From contig CAVTHS010000003.1 in the NCBI GenBank assembly GCA_963734535.1, positions 224,001-288,000 of the forward strand: a stretch of 64,000 nucleotides of DNA, written 5' to 3'. Positions within the stretch are counted from its first letter, which is position 1, and each line of letters opens with the position of its first letter. The notes under the pieces are model-generated. The model did not search any database, was not told the origin of the DNA, and saw only the letters and a list, made by a program, of their open reading frames with translations. Position numbers and translations under genes: made by a program. The DNA is from an uncultured Chloroflexia bacterium (GTDB taxonomy: Bacteria; Chloroflexota; Limnocylindria; Limnocylindrales; CSP1-4). This document shows positions 11,637-21,181 of this stretch, one piece after another.

Positions 11637-12821
11637 ATGGCCATCTACCTCGACCACGCGGCCACCACGCCGCTCCGCCACGAAGCGCTCGAGGCGATGC
11701 TCCCGTACCTTGGCGGCGCGTTCGGCAACCCGTCGTCCGCCCACTCGTTCGGACGCGCCGCCCGCAACGCGCTCGACGAGGCGCACGAGCGGCTGGCGAC
11801 GGCGCTGGGCGGCACCGCCCGCGAGATCGTGGTCACCTCCGGGGGAACCGAGGCCAACAACCTCGCGATCAAGGGGGCCGCATGGGCAGGCAAGGCGCGC
11901 GGCCATCGCCTGGTCACGAGTGCCGTGGAACACCACGCCGTCGGCCACACGATGCGGCACCTCGAGAAGTTCGGCTTCGAGGTCGTCGAGGTGCGGGTCG
12001 ACCGCCAGGGCCGCGTGGATCCCGACGAGCTGGACGCCGCGATCGACGATCGGACCATCCTGGTCTCGGTGATGCTCGCCAACAACGAGGTCGGCACGCT
12101 CCAACCGATCCGCGAGATCGCCGAACGGGTCCGGGCGCGGCGCGGCATCCTCCTCCACGTCGACGCCGTCCAGGCCGCCCCGACGCTCGATCTCGACGTG
12201 GGCGAGCTCGGGGCGGACCTCGTCACGATCTCGGCCCACAAGTTCGAGGGCCCCAAGGGCATCGGCGCGCTCTGGATCCGGCGCGGCACGCAGCTCATCG
12301 CGCAGCTCCACGGGGGAAGCCAGGAGCGGCACCGGCGGGCAGGCACCGAGAACGTTGCCGGTACCGTGGGCATGGCCGTCGCCTACGAGTGTGCCTGCGC
12401 GGACCGCCCCACGACCGCGATCCGGCTGCGCGCCCTGCGCTCGCGGCTTGCGGCCGCCTGCCTCGCGGTCGACGGCGTCGAGGTGACGGGCCACCCGACG
12501 GAGCGCCTTCCCGGTCTTCTCTCCCTGCGTGTGCAGGGCGCCGACGGCGTGGCGATCAGCGTCGCGCTCGACCTCGACGGGATCGCCGCCTCCACCGGGT
12601 CCGCCTGTTCGACGGGTTCTCCCGAGCCGTCTCACGTCCTCACCGCGATGGGCTACACGGACGCGGAGGCGCTCGGCGCGCTGCGCCTCTCGCTGGGCCG
12701 CGCGACCACGGACGCGGAGGTGAGCGAGGCGTGCCTCGTGGTGCCTCGGGTGATCGCCGAGATTCGCGCCGGATCGGTCGAACAGGCCGCGGATCCGCTC
12801 GGTGTACGGCTGGGGGCCTGA
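11637..12821 (+). CDS. iscS: Cysteine desulfurase (IscS/NifS type)
   Basis: YLDHAATTP, GNPSSAH, SAHKFEGPKG PLP lysine, STGSACS catalytic Cys. Confidence 0.95.
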   Translation: MAIYLDHAATTPLRHEALEAMLPYLGGAFGNPSSAHSFGRAARNALDEAHERLATALGGTAREIVVTSGGTEANNLAIKGAAWAGKARGHRLVTSAVEHHAVGHTMRHLEKFGFEVVEVRVDRQGRVDPDELDAAIDDRTILVSVMLANNEVGTLQPIREIAERVRARRGILLHVDAVQAAPTLDLDVGELGADLVTISAHKFEGPKGIGALWIRRGTQLIAQLHGGSQERHRRAGTENVAGTVGMAVAYECACADRPTTAIRLRALRSRLAAACLAVDGVEVTGHPTERLPGLLSLRVQGADGVAISVALDLDGIAASTGSACSTGSPEPSHVLTAMGYTDAEALGALRLSLGRATTDAEVSEACLVVPRVIAEIRAGSVEQAADPLGVRLGA

Positions 12822-12827
12822 GGCGCC

Positions 12828-13994
12828 GTGGCGCGCGTGCTCGTCGCGATGTCGGGCGGGGTGGACAGCTCCGTCGCCGCGGCGCTCGTGGCCGAGGCGG
12901 GGCACGACGTCGTCGGCGTGTGGATGCGCGTCCACGACGGAGCGGACGCATACTCGGAGCTGAAGAAGAGCTGCTGCTCGGCCGACGCGGCGGAGGACGC
13001 CCGGCGGGTGGCGGCACAGCTCGACGTCCCGTTCTACATCCTGAACCTGGAGCGGGAGTTCGAGGCGGGCGTCATCCGGCCGTTCCTCGCCGCGTACCTC
13101 GGCGGCGAGACGCCCAGCCCATGCGTCGACTGCAACAGCTACGTCAAGTTCGGGGCGCTCCTGGGGCGCGCACGCCGGCTCTACGGGTGCGATGCGGTGG
13201 CGACGGGGCACTACGCCCGCCGCGACACCGTGGCGGGCCCCGACGGCAGTCCCGTCCACCGGCTGCGGCGCGGCGCCGACCGGGCGAAGGACCAGGCCTA
13301 CTTCCTCTACGGCCTGCGCCAGGACCAGCTGGCGCATGCCTGGTTCCCGCTCGGCGAGCTGACGAAGGCGGAGGTCCGAGACCTTGCCCGGGAGCGCGGG
13401 CTGGCGACCGCGGAGAAGCCCGAGAGCATGGAGATCTGCTTTGTACCGACGGGTGACCCTCGCGACGCCTTGCGGGCGCGGACCGCCTGGCTGCCGGTCT
13501 CGGGCCCGGCGCTCGACGCGGAGGACGGACGGGTCGTCGGTTCGCACCAGGGCGCGGCTGGCTTCACGGTCGGGCAGCGTCGCGGACTGGGCATCGCCCT
13601 CGGCGAGCCCCGCTACGTGAGCCGGGTGGACCCGGGGGCGAACACGATCGTCCTGGCACGCCGTGCCGACCTCGAGACGCGCCGCTTCGCGATCGCCGAC
13701 GTGACGTTCCCGGCGGGACGGCCGCCCACCCCCGACGGCGGGTCGTTCGCCGCCCGCGCCCAGGTCCGCCACCGCGCGGAGGCGGTCCGGGCAACGGTAA
13801 GCCCGGCGGCCGACGCCCTCGGCGCGGCACAGTCCGGAGCCGGGGGTGCGCCATCCGGCAACGGGGCGCGCTGGGTCGTGGAGACCGAGGTCCCCGTGTG
13901 GGCCGCAGCGCCGGGCCAGGCGTGCGTCCTCTACGATCCCGATGACCCGGACCTCGTGGTGGGCGGCGGCCGGATCGTGCGCGACGACGGGTAG
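12828..13994 (+). CDS. mnmA: tRNA 2-thiouridylase MnmA
   Basis: [52 protein letters not shown]. Confidence 0.97.
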   Translation: MARVLVAMSGGVDSSVAAALVAEAGHDVVGVWMRVHDGADAYSELKKSCCSADAAEDARRVAAQLDVPFYILNLEREFEAGVIRPFLAAYLGGETPSPCVDCNSYVKFGALLGRARRLYGCDAVATGHYARRDTVAGPDGSPVHRLRRGADRAKDQAYFLYGLRQDQLAHAWFPLGELTKAEVRDLARERGLATAEKPESMEICFVPTGDPRDALRARTAWLPVSGPALDAEDGRVVGSHQGAAGFTVGQRRGLGIALGEPRYVSRVDPGANTIVLARRADLETRRFAIADVTFPAGRPPTPDGGSFAARAQVRHRAEAVRATVSPAADALGAAQSGAGGAPSGNGARWVVETEVPVWAAAPGQACVLYDPDDPDLVVGGGRIVRDDG

Positions 13995-14004
13995 GGGAGG
14001 GGAC

Positions 14005-14310
14005 GTGCCGGAGATCGGGCCCTCGCTCGTCCTCGCGGTTCTGCTCGGGATCTTCTGGACCGCGGCGGCCGTGCTCGTCCGTGGCGCTGCCGGTGCCCGT
14101 CTGCCGTTCGTGATCCTGCTCGCGATCACGGGTGCGTGGGCCGGAGACGCAGTCGGCGGCCGAATCGGCGGCCCGTTCGATCTCCTGCGGATCGGCGACT
14201 TCCGGCTGCTGCCGGCCTCGCTCGGCGCGCTCGGCGGGATCCTCCTCGTGGTCCTCGTCTCCGTCCTCGGGCCGACACGGGCCGAAAGCGGTCCGGGACC
14301 GGATCGATGA
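14005..14310 (+). CDS. Small membrane protein (3 TM, GlsB/YeaQ-like)
   Basis: Hydrophobic segments; GGAGG RBS before GTG. Confidence 0.65.
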   Translation: MPEIGPSLVLAVLLGIFWTAAAVLVRGAAGARLPFVILLAITGAWAGDAVGGRIGGPFDLLRIGDFRLLPASLGALGGILLVVLVSVLGPTRAESGPGPDR

Positions 14311-14576
14311 GCCGCTGGTCCCCGGACAAACGCCCATCGCGGGATCGGCGATCGGGCGATGACGACCCGTTGGCGGACTTCGTCCGCGGCGCGACCGTCG
14401 GTGCGTTCGTGGGCGCGGCGATCGCCGGCTCGGCGGCCTGGCACCGCGTTCGGAAGCGCGTCGCGGCCGGGCGCGCGGGCTCCGCGGCCCAGCCGGCGGA
14501 CACGGCAGCCGTGGCAGAGACGTCAGCCGTGCCAGGGCCGCCCGCCCACGGTCACGTCGAGGTGCGCGGCCGCTAG
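14307..14576 (+). CDS. Small hypothetical protein with one TM segment
   Basis: ATGA overlap with upstream gene; FVRGATVGAFVGAAIAGS. Confidence 0.55.
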   Translation: MSRWSPDKRPSRDRRSGDDDPLADFVRGATVGAFVGAAIAGSAAWHRVRKRVAAGRAGSAAQPADTAAVAETSAVPGPPAHGHVEVRGR

Positions 14577-14631
14577 GCAGACAGGGACGCGGCCCGGGTC
14601 GACCCGGCGGGACGCGGGCCGCCGCCGATTC

Positions 14632-15123
14632 CTAGTTGCAGATCACCTTGCCTTCAACGGACTTGCCGGTCTCGGAATCGCTGCCGTTGAACGTCCAGGC
14701 ATGCGCGCTCGCGAACGAGATGCTGGCATTCAGGTCGGGCGCCTTCCACGTGACGCCGTCCATGACGCCCGAGGCCTCCGGCATGGTCGGCGGCGTGGAG
14801 TGCAGCCAGGCGAAGCTGGCCGAGTCGGAACCGTCGCGGCCGTCGACCTTGACGTTGATCGTCCCGTCAGCGATCGTCCCGTCGACCGCACAGGTCGCCG
14901 GATAGGTCTTCTCCTTCCCGTCGAGCGTCACGGTGATCGTCTCGGCCTGGCCGGAACCGCCGACCGCTGGCGAAGCGGCATCCTCCGTGGGTGTCGCCGC
15001 AACGCCGGCCGGGCTGGGTGAGGCGCCCTGACCTCCGCCGCTTGCCGGGGCCGGGGTCGAGCCGCCCCCGCATCCCGCCATGACGCCCGCCACCAGGAGA
15101 GCGACGCCGATTCTCCGAAACAC
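14632..15123 (-). CDS. Putative lipoprotein
   Basis: MFRRIGVALLVAGVMAGC lipobox, Pro/Ala/Ser linker, GGAGG RBS. Confidence 0.75.
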   Translation of the reverse strand: MFRRIGVALLVAGVMAGCGGGSTPAPASGGGQGASPSPAGVAATPTEDAASPAVGGSGQAETITVTLDGKEKTYPATCAVDGTIADGTINVKVDGRDGSDSASFAWLHSTPPTMPEASGVMDGVTWKAPDLNASISFASAHAWTFNGSDSETGKSVEGKVICN

Positions 15124-15290
15124 GTGAACCTCCGTCCCGGGTCCGTCCACGGACACCCCCGCGGCCAACCCCCCACGACAGGCTGATGATAGGCGGATCG
15201 CGGGACGTTCCGGGGGTCCCCGGCCCCCGTCGCAGATGACCCGCGGCACGGGTCGGGATCGCCGCGCGGCGTTCGCTACCATTACGCTCG

Positions 15291-18056
15291 ATGCCGACCC
15301 CGCCCGACATGCCCGATCGCGACCCCCGGATTGCGCCGCTCCCCGCGGCCGAGGTGCGCCGTCGGTTCCTCGCGTTCTTCGCCGCCCGGGGCCACACGGT
15401 GGTGCCGAGCGCGAGCCTCGTGCCGGCCGGCGACCAGACGCTCCTCTTCACGAACTCGGGCATGGTCCAGTTCAAGGAGGTCTTCACCGGCGTCGACAAG
15501 CGCAGCTACACGCGCGCCGTCGACGTCCAGCGCTGCCTGCGCGTGGCCGGCAAGCACAACGACTTCGAGGAGGTGGGTCGCTCGCCGCGCCACCACACGC
15601 TCTTCGAGATGATGGGCAACTGGAGCTTCGGCGACTACTTCAAGCGCGAGGCGATCCACTGGGCCTGGGAGTTCCTCACCGTCGAGATGGGAATCCCGGG
15701 CGAACGCCTGGCCGCCACGACCTACACGGACGACGAGGTTGCCTGGGCGATCTGGCGCGACGAGATCGGCCTGCCGCCCGAGCGGATGGCACGCTGGGGG
15801 AACGTCGAGGCCGGCGACGACAAGAACTTCTGGCGGATGGCCGAGACCGGGCCGTGCGGCCCGTGCAGCGAGGTTCATTACGACCGGGGCGCCCACCTCT
15901 CCGAGGGTCCCGAGTGCGTGCCGGACCACTCCGAGACGTGCCCGCGCTGGACGGAGATCTGGAACCTCGTGTTCCTGGAGTTCGACCAGCTGCCCGACGG
16001 CGCGCGCGTCCCGCTCCCGTTCACGAGCGTCGACACCGGACTCGGGCTGGAGCGCCTCGCGACCGTGCTCCAGGGCGTGCTCTCCAACTACGACACGGAC
16101 CTGTTCACGCCGATCCACGAGACGCTGCGACGGCTCCTGGGGCACGATCCCGAGATCTTCGAGGCCGAGCGCTTCAGCTACCAGGTGATCGCGGACCACA
16201 GCCGGGCGATGACGTTCCTGATCGCCGACGGGGTCCTCCCCGCGAACGAGGGCCGGGGTTACGTCCTGCGCCGGATCATCCGCCGCGCCGTCCGCCACGG
16301 CCGGCTCCTCGGGCGGCGCGAGCCGTTCCTCGTCGAGACCGCGGCCACGGTCGTCGAGGTGATGGGCGAGGCGTACCCGCTGCTGCGTGACGAACGCGCA
16401 CGCATCCTCGCCGCCATCTCGCGCGAGGAGGTGCAGTTCGCCCGGACGCTCGACGCCGGGACGGCCCAGCTCGAGGAGGCGCTCATTCCCCTGACAGACG
16501 CCGAGCGCGTGGTTGGCCGCCGGCCCGAGGACGTCGCACCCGACGCGCCGGTGCTGGCGGGCGGCTTCGCGTTCCGGCTCCACGACACGTACGGCTTCCC
16601 GATCGACCTCACGATCGAGCTCGCCGCCGAGCATGGCGTTCGCGTGGACCGCGCCGGCTTCGAGGTCGCGCTCGCCGAGCAGCGCGAGCGCAGCCGGGGC
16701 GGCCGCAAGGCCGAGCTGGCGCGGCACGCCCAGCTGACGGCGCAATACGAGGAGATCCTGCGCCGGGCGGGGGCGACGAGGTTCGACGGCTACGAGACGA
16801 CCACGGCAGAGGGCCGCGTGCTTGCGATCCTCCGCAACGGCACGGCGTACGACGAGCTCACCGGCTCCGGCGAGGCGGAGGTGATCCTGGACCGCACGCC
16901 GTTCTACGCGGAGGGCGGCGGGCAGGTCGGCGACGTCGGCGAGCTTCGCGAAGCGGGCGGCGGCTCGCCGCTCTTCGCGGTCGAGGAGACGTTCCGGCCG
17001 GCCGGGTCCCTCGTCGTCCACCGCGGAACCCTTCACGGCCGCATTCGTGTCGGCGAGACCGTGAGCGCCGTGGTCGACGCGGAGCGCCGGGCCCGCACGA
17101 TGCGCAACCATACCGGCACGCACCTGCTCCACCGCGCCCTGCGCAACGTCGCGGGGCCCGCGGCGCGGCAGGCCGGCTCGCTCGTCTCGCCCGACTACCT
17201 GCGGTTCGACTACCCGTTCGAGCGCGCCCTCACGGACGACGAGCGGCGCCGGATCGAGGACGAGGTCCGCCGGGTCATCCGCGAGGATCGCCCGGTGACC
17301 GTAGCCAACCTCGCGATGGCCGCCGCCATCGACGCTGGTGCGGACGCGTTCTTCGACGAGAAGTACGGCGAGACGGTCCGGACCGTGCGCGTCGCGGACT
17401 ACAGCTTCGAGCTCTGCGGCGGAACGCACTGCCGCGCATCCGGCCAGGTCGGAAGCTTCGTGATCACCGCGGACCGGAGCATCGGCTCGGGGATGCGGAG
17501 GATCGAGGCCCTCACCGGCGACGCGGCCGACGATCACCTGCGCGCCCGCGCCGATCTCCTCGAGAACGTCGCGGAGCGCCTCGGCGCGCAGACCGTGGAC
17601 GCCGTGCCGGAACGGATCGCCGCGCTGGAGACGGAGCTCCGCGAGGCGAAACGGCGGTTGCGGGCGGGTGCGGGCGCCGCCCTCCCGAAGCCGGCCGAGC
17701 TCGCGGCGGCGGCGCGGGAGGTCGCGCCCGGCGTCCGGCTGGTCCTGCATGCGGCCCCATGGACCTCGATCGAGGAGCTCAAGGCGGCCGCCAAGGAGAC
17801 CCGCGGCCTCCTGCCCTCGGGCGTGATCGCGCTCGGGCTCGATGCGGACGAGCCGCAGCTCTTCGTGGGCGTCTCGGACGACCTCGTGGCGCGAGGCGTC
17901 GCGGCCGGGGACCTCGTTCGGGCTGCGATGGCGCACCTCGACGGGAAGGGCGGCGGTCGACCCGAGATGGCCCAGGGCCGCGGCTCGCGGCGCGACGGCC
18001 TTCCCGCCGCGCTGGAGGCGATCGGCGCGGCGCTCGCCGCGATCGGCGGCGGCTAA
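15291..18056 (+). CDS. alaS: Alanine--tRNA ligase
   Basis: LLFTNSGMVQFK, HHTLFEMMGNWSFGDYFK, DTYGFP, editing domain NHTGTHLLH and ELCGGTH, C-terminal GGGRPEMAQG. Confidence 0.98.
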   Translation: MPTPPDMPDRDPRIAPLPAAEVRRRFLAFFAARGHTVVPSASLVPAGDQTLLFTNSGMVQFKEVFTGVDKRSYTRAVDVQRCLRVAGKHNDFEEVGRSPRHHTLFEMMGNWSFGDYFKREAIHWAWEFLTVEMGIPGERLAATTYTDDEVAWAIWRDEIGLPPERMARWGNVEAGDDKNFWRMAETGPCGPCSEVHYDRGAHLSEGPECVPDHSETCPRWTEIWNLVFLEFDQLPDGARVPLPFTSVDTGLGLERLATVLQGVLSNYDTDLFTPIHETLRRLLGHDPEIFEAERFSYQVIADHSRAMTFLIADGVLPANEGRGYVLRRIIRRAVRHGRLLGRREPFLVETAATVVEVMGEAYPLLRDERARILAAISREEVQFARTLDAGTAQLEEALIPLTDAERVVGRRPEDVAPDAPVLAGGFAFRLHDTYGFPIDLTIELAAEHGVRVDRAGFEVALAEQRERSRGGRKAELARHAQLTAQYEEILRRAGATRFDGYETTTAEGRVLAILRNGTAYDELTGSGEAEVILDRTPFYAEGGGQVGDVGELREAGGGSPLFAVEETFRPAGSLVVHRGTLHGRIRVGETVSAVVDAERRARTMRNHTGTHLLHRALRNVAGPAARQAGSLVSPDYLRFDYPFERALTDDERRRIEDEVRRVIREDRPVTVANLAMAAAIDAGADAFFDEKYGETVRTVRVADYSFELCGGTHCRASGQVGSFVITADRSIGSGMRRIEALTGDAADDHLRARADLLENVAERLGAQTVDAVPERIAALETELREAKRRLRAGAGAALPKPAELAAAAREVAPGVRLVLHAAPWTSIEELKAAAKETRGLLPSGVIALGLDADEPQLFVGVSDDLVARGVAAGDLVRAAMAHLDGKGGGRPEMAQGRGSRRDGLPAALEAIGAALAAIGGG

Positions 18057-18066
18057 GGCCGCGCCG

Positions 18067-19329
18067 ATGGCCTTCCTGCGCCGGTTCTGGCAGCGCGACA
18101 GCAGCGCCCAGCTCGCCGCATGCACCGCGCTCGACATCGGGACCGAGTTCGCGAAGGCGCTCGTCTTCGAGATCGATGCCGAGAGTCGCGGCACGGTGCG
18201 CGGTGTGGGCCGCAAGCGCCAGGGCCTCGCCCACATGCAGTCGGGAACGGTGGCGGACATCGCTGCGGTCGTCGACAACTGTGCCGTCGCACTCCAGGAG
18301 GCCGAGGAGATGGCCGGCTTCCGGCCCACGCAGGTCGTGATCGGGATCGCCGGCGAGCTCGTCAAGGGGTTCACGACGTCGCATACCCAGGAGCGCCGGA
18401 AGCCGGACGTCGCGATCACGGACGCCGAGCTGCAGAAGCTCATCGACGGGGTGCAGCGCGCCGCGCTCATCGAGGCGGAACGGGCGATCACCTGGGAGAC
18501 CGGCCTGCCCAACGTCGACGTGCGGCTGGTCCACGCCGCGGTCACGTCGGCGAGCATCGACGGGTATGCCGTCACGAACCCGGTGGGCTTCCAGGGCCGC
18601 CACGTGAAGATCGGGATCTTCAACGCCTTTGCCCCGCTGGTCCACCTCGGCGCGCTGGAGAGCGTGGCCGCCCAGCTCGACCTGGAGCTGCTCGAGATCG
18701 TCGCCGAGCCGTACGCGGTCGCCCGGGTGCTCGCCTCGGAGCAGGTCCAGCAGGCGGGCGCCCTCTTCGTCGACATCGGGGGCGGCACGACCGACGTCGC
18801 GCTGGTCCGGGCCGGTGGCATCGAGGGAACCCGGATGTTCGCCCTCGCCGGCCGGGCCTTCACGAAATCGCTCGCCGACCGCCTGGACCTGCCGTTCCCG
18901 CGCGCCGAGGCGCTCAAGGTCGACTACGCGCGCGGGCTGGCGATGCCCGAGCACGACGCGATCGCGGAGATCGTGGGCGACGACGTCGCGGTATGGGCCG
19001 CCGGCGTCGAGCTGGTCCTCGACGAGCTCGCCGGGGGCGATCTCCTGCCGGGACGGATCTACCTCTGCGGGGGCGGCTCGCGACTGCCCGAGACCGCGAC
19101 CGCGCTGCGCGATCCCCGTTTCTGGAAGCGCCTGCCGTTCAGCCGGCCGCCGGAGGTCGTGGTGATGCAGCCCGCGATGGTGGAATCGATCACCGACGCC
19201 ACGAAGCTCCTCGTCGACCAGCAGGACGTCACGCCGCTGGGGCTTGCCTACCAGGCGATCGAGCTCCAGGCGGAGCAGGATGCGCTCGACGCCGCCCTCC
19301 GGCGGGTCCTGCGCGCCATGAAGCTGTAG
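18067..19329 (+). CDS. FtsA-like actin-fold ATPase (paralogue outside the dcw cluster)
   Basis: ALDIGT (phosphate 1), EAEEMAG..VVIGIAGE, VDIGGGTTD (phosphate 2), LCGGGSRL (adenosine). Confidence 0.85.
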   Translation: MAFLRRFWQRDSSAQLAACTALDIGTEFAKALVFEIDAESRGTVRGVGRKRQGLAHMQSGTVADIAAVVDNCAVALQEAEEMAGFRPTQVVIGIAGELVKGFTTSHTQERRKPDVAITDAELQKLIDGVQRAALIEAERAITWETGLPNVDVRLVHAAVTSASIDGYAVTNPVGFQGRHVKIGIFNAFAPLVHLGALESVAAQLDLELLEIVAEPYAVARVLASEQVQQAGALFVDIGGGTTDVALVRAGGIEGTRMFALAGRAFTKSLADRLDLPFPRAEALKVDYARGLAMPEHDAIAEIVGDDVAVWAAGVELVLDELAGGDLLPGRIYLCGGGSRLPETATALRDPRFWKRLPFSRPPEVVVMQPAMVESITDATKLLVDQQDVTPLGLAYQAIELQAEQDALDAALRRVLRAMKL

Positions 19330-19339
19330 CGTCGCCACG

Positions 19340-21181
19340 ATGGCCACCTTCTATCTCGACATCGACGACGAGATCACGTCCGCCGCCGCCCGCATCCGCG
19401 GGACCGCGGACCTCGTCGTGGTGCTGGTGCTGCCGGCCGGCTCGCGCATCGCGACCAGCCGGATCAACTTCCGGCTCCTAGCGCGGGAGGCACAGGAGCG
19501 GAGCCGGCGGCTGTCGATCGTGGCGCCCGATGCGGCGGCCCGCGCGCTCGCGGCGACCGCAGGGCTGCCCGTCTTCGCGTCCACGATGGAGTACGAGGCG
19601 TCCCTGCCCGGCCGGCCCGACGGTGGGGATGCGGCCGCAGAGCCGATGCAGCGGGCCACGCCCGCGCCTGGGCTGCCTGCCGCGGGAGCTGCTGCGGGAG
19701 CCCCTGCTGCGGGCGCCACCGGCGCGGGAGCTCCTGCCGGGGGCACGTCCCCCCGGGCGGGCAGCGCGGCTCGCGCGGCAACGACCGTCGCGCCGCCAGC
19801 CCTCACGCCACACGTGCCCGCGTCCGATACGGGGAAGTCCTTCGAAGCGTCACACGCCGGCCCGACCCGCCTGGGCCCGACCACGGGGCTCGGCGCGGAA
19901 CGAGGCCAGGGCGCGGCGCCGCGACCACGCCACCGCCGCCGGACTGCCGTCCTCGTCGGGCTGCTCGTCCTGGCATTCCTCGGTGTCGCAGGGGGCGCGG
20001 CGGCCTACCTGCTCTTGCCCACGGCGTCGATCGTGCTGACCGTCCGGTCTGCGCCGCTTCCACCGGTCACCTTCGTCGTCACGGCTGACCCCGACGTCAC
20101 GGCCCCGGACCCTGCCGCGGCCGTCGTCCCGGCGACTCGCCTGGAGCTCCCGCTCGCGGCGAACGGCACGTTCAAGGCGTCGGGCAAACGGGTCGACGAG
20201 GCGGCCGCCGTCGGCAGCGTGCGTTGGACGAACTGCGATCCGACGCGGTCCTACACGATTCCCCGCGGCACGCTGGTTCGCACCGCGGCGGGCGTCGCGT
20301 TCGCGATCGACGAGGCTGTCTTCCTGCCGGTGGCGATCCTCAACCCCCCGCAGATCACCTGCCAGAACCGGACCGTGACCATCACCGCGTCGAAGGCCGG
20401 CCCGGATTCGAACGTCGCCGCCGGGACGATCTCGGTCATCCCCGGGCAGTACAACAGCGTGGTGATCTCCGTCCGGAACCCGGCCCCGACCAGCGGCGGG
20501 AAACGGGACGAGTTCCCGAAGGTCGTCCAGAAGGACGTCACGGCGGCGCTTGCCGCCCTCGGAAAGCAGATCGACGCGCAGCTCGCGACAGCCGCCGCCG
20601 CACCGGCAGGGCTGCCCGCCGGGAGCACGCCGTTCCCCGAGACGGCGACGCGCGGCGCGGCCACGGCGACCGTGGACCCCGCCACGCTCATCGACCAGGA
20701 GGTCCCGCAGTTCGACCTTGGCGTGACGGCGACCGGGACCGTCGTCACCGTCGACCAGGCACCGATCCTCGCGCTCGGCCAGGCGCGTGTTGCGGCCGCC
20801 GTCCCCGCCGAGCGGGACCTGGTCGCCGGCTCGGCGGTGGTAACCCTCGGACCCGGCACCGTCGACGGGCAGCGCGTTCGCTTCGGCGTGACGGCCCGCG
20901 CCGACACCGCGCCGCGCATCGACGAGGCGGCCCTCCGGACCGAGCTGAAGGGACGCTCGAAGGTGGAGGCCGAGGCGATGCTCGGCCCCCTCGGTGATGC
21001 GACCGTGACGCTCTGGCCCGGCTGGGCGACGACGATCCCGACGTTCGACGCGCGGGTGGACCTGCGCGTGGAAGGGCTTCCCGGCCCGAACGCGACGGCG
21101 TCGCCGGCCGTGACCCCGACCCCGACCCCGGCGCCGACCCCGACCCCGACCCCGGCGCCACCGGCGACGACGGCTCCGTGA
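19340..21181 (+). CDS. Single-pass membrane protein with an extracytoplasmic baseplate J/gp47-like domain
   Basis: N-terminal YLDIDDEITS..INFRLL domain, Ala/Pro linker, TM segment, then A.GSVRWTN..TIPRGTLV.T..GVAF..VTITASKAGPDSNVAAGTI..VRNPAPTSGG, matching the baseplate-J pattern; PT-repeat tail. Confidence 0.7.
   Translation: MATFYLDIDDEITSAAARIRGTADLVVVLVLPAGSRIATSRINFRLLAREAQERSRRLSIVAPDAAARALAATAGLPVFASTMEYEASLPGRPDGGDAAAEPMQRATPAPGLPAAGAAAGAPAAGATGAGAPAGGTSPRAGSAARAATTVAPPALTPHVPASDTGKSFEASHAGPTRLGPTTGLGAERGQGAAPRPRHRRRTAVLVGLLVLAFLGVAGGAAAYLLLPTASIVLTVRSAPLPPVTFVVTADPDVTAPDPAAAVVPATRLELPLAANGTFKASGKRVDEAAAVGSVRWTNCDPTRSYTIPRGTLVRTAAGVAFAIDEAVFLPVAILNPPQITCQNRTVTITASKAGPDSNVAAGTISVIPGQYNSVVISVRNPAPTSGGKRDEFPKVVQKDVTAALAALGKQIDAQLATAAAAPAGLPAGSTPFPETATRGAATATVDPATLIDQEVPQFDLGVTATGTVVTVDQAPILALGQARVAAAVPAERDLVAGSAVVTLGPGTVDGQRVRFGVTARADTAPRIDEAALRTELKGRSKVEAEAMLGPLGDATVTLWPGWATTIPTFDARVDLRVEGLPGPNATASPAVTPTPTPAPTPTPTPAPPATTAP

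Noticed and set aside
21110-21160. Short tandem repeats resembling a CRISPR array or VNTR
   Set aside because: They encode a Pro-Thr linker; no spacers and no cas genes anywhere in the window
19340-21181. Prophage, tailocin or contractile injection system suggested by the baseplate-J-like domain
   Set aside because: No sheath, tube, spike, capsid or lysis genes nearby; the protein has a TM anchor and sits in a housekeeping operon
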